Assembly (NCBI GenBank): GCA_964016885.1
Contig: OZ024751.1
Location: forward strand, 52,762,001 to 52,826,000
Length of the DNA: 64,000 nt
Direction of reading: 5' to 3'
Origin: Eledone cirrhosa
Taxonomy: Eukaryota
Positions 63,076 through 64,000 of the stretch are shown in pieces (the first letter of the stretch is position 1; every line of letters starts with the position of its first letter). The translations under genes and the position numbers were made by a program. Below the pieces are notes generated by a model. That model ran no database searches, was not told the origin of the DNA, and saw only the letters and a program-made list of their open reading frames with translations.

Positions 63076-64000
63076 ACTATATATACACATATATATAGAT
63101 CCCATATCTTTCCACAATATATCACTATGTATGGTGTTATTATATATGTATATATACAAACACCCTATTTCCACCTGTATATACACCAGATAATAATGTT
63201 GATATCCACTTATTTTCTGGACTCATTTGAACTTTCTCATAAATTAACATTTCACATACAGGGTGCATGAGTTGATCCTTTGTATACCCCCTCGTCCTCC
63301 ACTCACTACAAAACCCTCTGCATGTATCATCCTTGTTTTATTGCCATGTTGCATCAGGCTTCTTACATGTACAGGAGTCTTTTTTTTTTTTTTTAGTGTA
63401 TAAATGGTGAGTAGGGTTGGTTTGGTGAGTAAATTGTTTATCATGAACAAGGGTATCAGTTTTCTAAACTTCTTCCACCCCATTCATAGTTTCTTGTACT
63501 TATCTATGGTTTGCCCCCCTCCTCTCACACGCCAGCCACAGTCTGGTGCTAAGTTATATTACCTTACCACCTTAGTAAACAGCAGCACTTAATCCATCAT
63601 TTCCTTCCAAACAACTCTTGACTAATCAATCATTAGTCTTCATTCATGTAATTACTGTTCTGGCTGTTAATTAGTTGAAGTTGGTCTTTTATGAAACTAC
63701 CAAGATTAGAGGTACAATATATTGTCAAATATCTACAAACCATAAACAAGATCTTTAAGTACATGGAGCCTATGAAAAGATTCAACAACAGACACTTTTA
63801 CCTGCTTTATAAGTGTCCCTGTTTTTCACCTTAGTTATTTTTTTTTTCTTCTTTTGCCTCTTTTTTTTCCTCCTCTTTCTCTTGTTTTTGTTTCTTAATT
63901 GTAACGAGGTGGGTGGTGATGGTGGGGTGGCGGCAATAGATACCTCTCCTAGTCTGTTGTCTTACTAGCTCTATACGTATGGGTGTTTAATTGTAACGGG

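Overview
This is eukaryotic, AT-rich, repeat-dominated DNA. The SINE, RTE and microsatellite content suggests an octopod cephalopod (inference). Bases 1-35.3 kb are long interrupted (TA)n arrays carrying nested retroelements. These include four Penelope-like element (PLE) families with coding sequence, one of them apparently intact (RT + GIY-YIG ORF with pseudo-LTRs at 30014-34602), plus RTE LINEs whose RT contains a PHD-like finger and CR1/L2-type LINEs. The most notable signal, found by hand-folding, is a set of about 13 type-I hammerhead ribozyme motifs from 8 unrelated sequence families. Three families carry the compensatory U3-A8 core instead of C3-G8, three have greatly extended stem II, and nearly all have a loopless palindromic stem III. 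Bases 35.3-64 kb hold mariner remnants, MITEs, a 4.6-kb 19-bp minisatellite, tRNA-derived SINEs with LINE-derived tails and one probable host exon (61543-61693). A 200-N gap lies at 27914-28113. The many Ile/Tyr ORFs are microsatellite artefacts.
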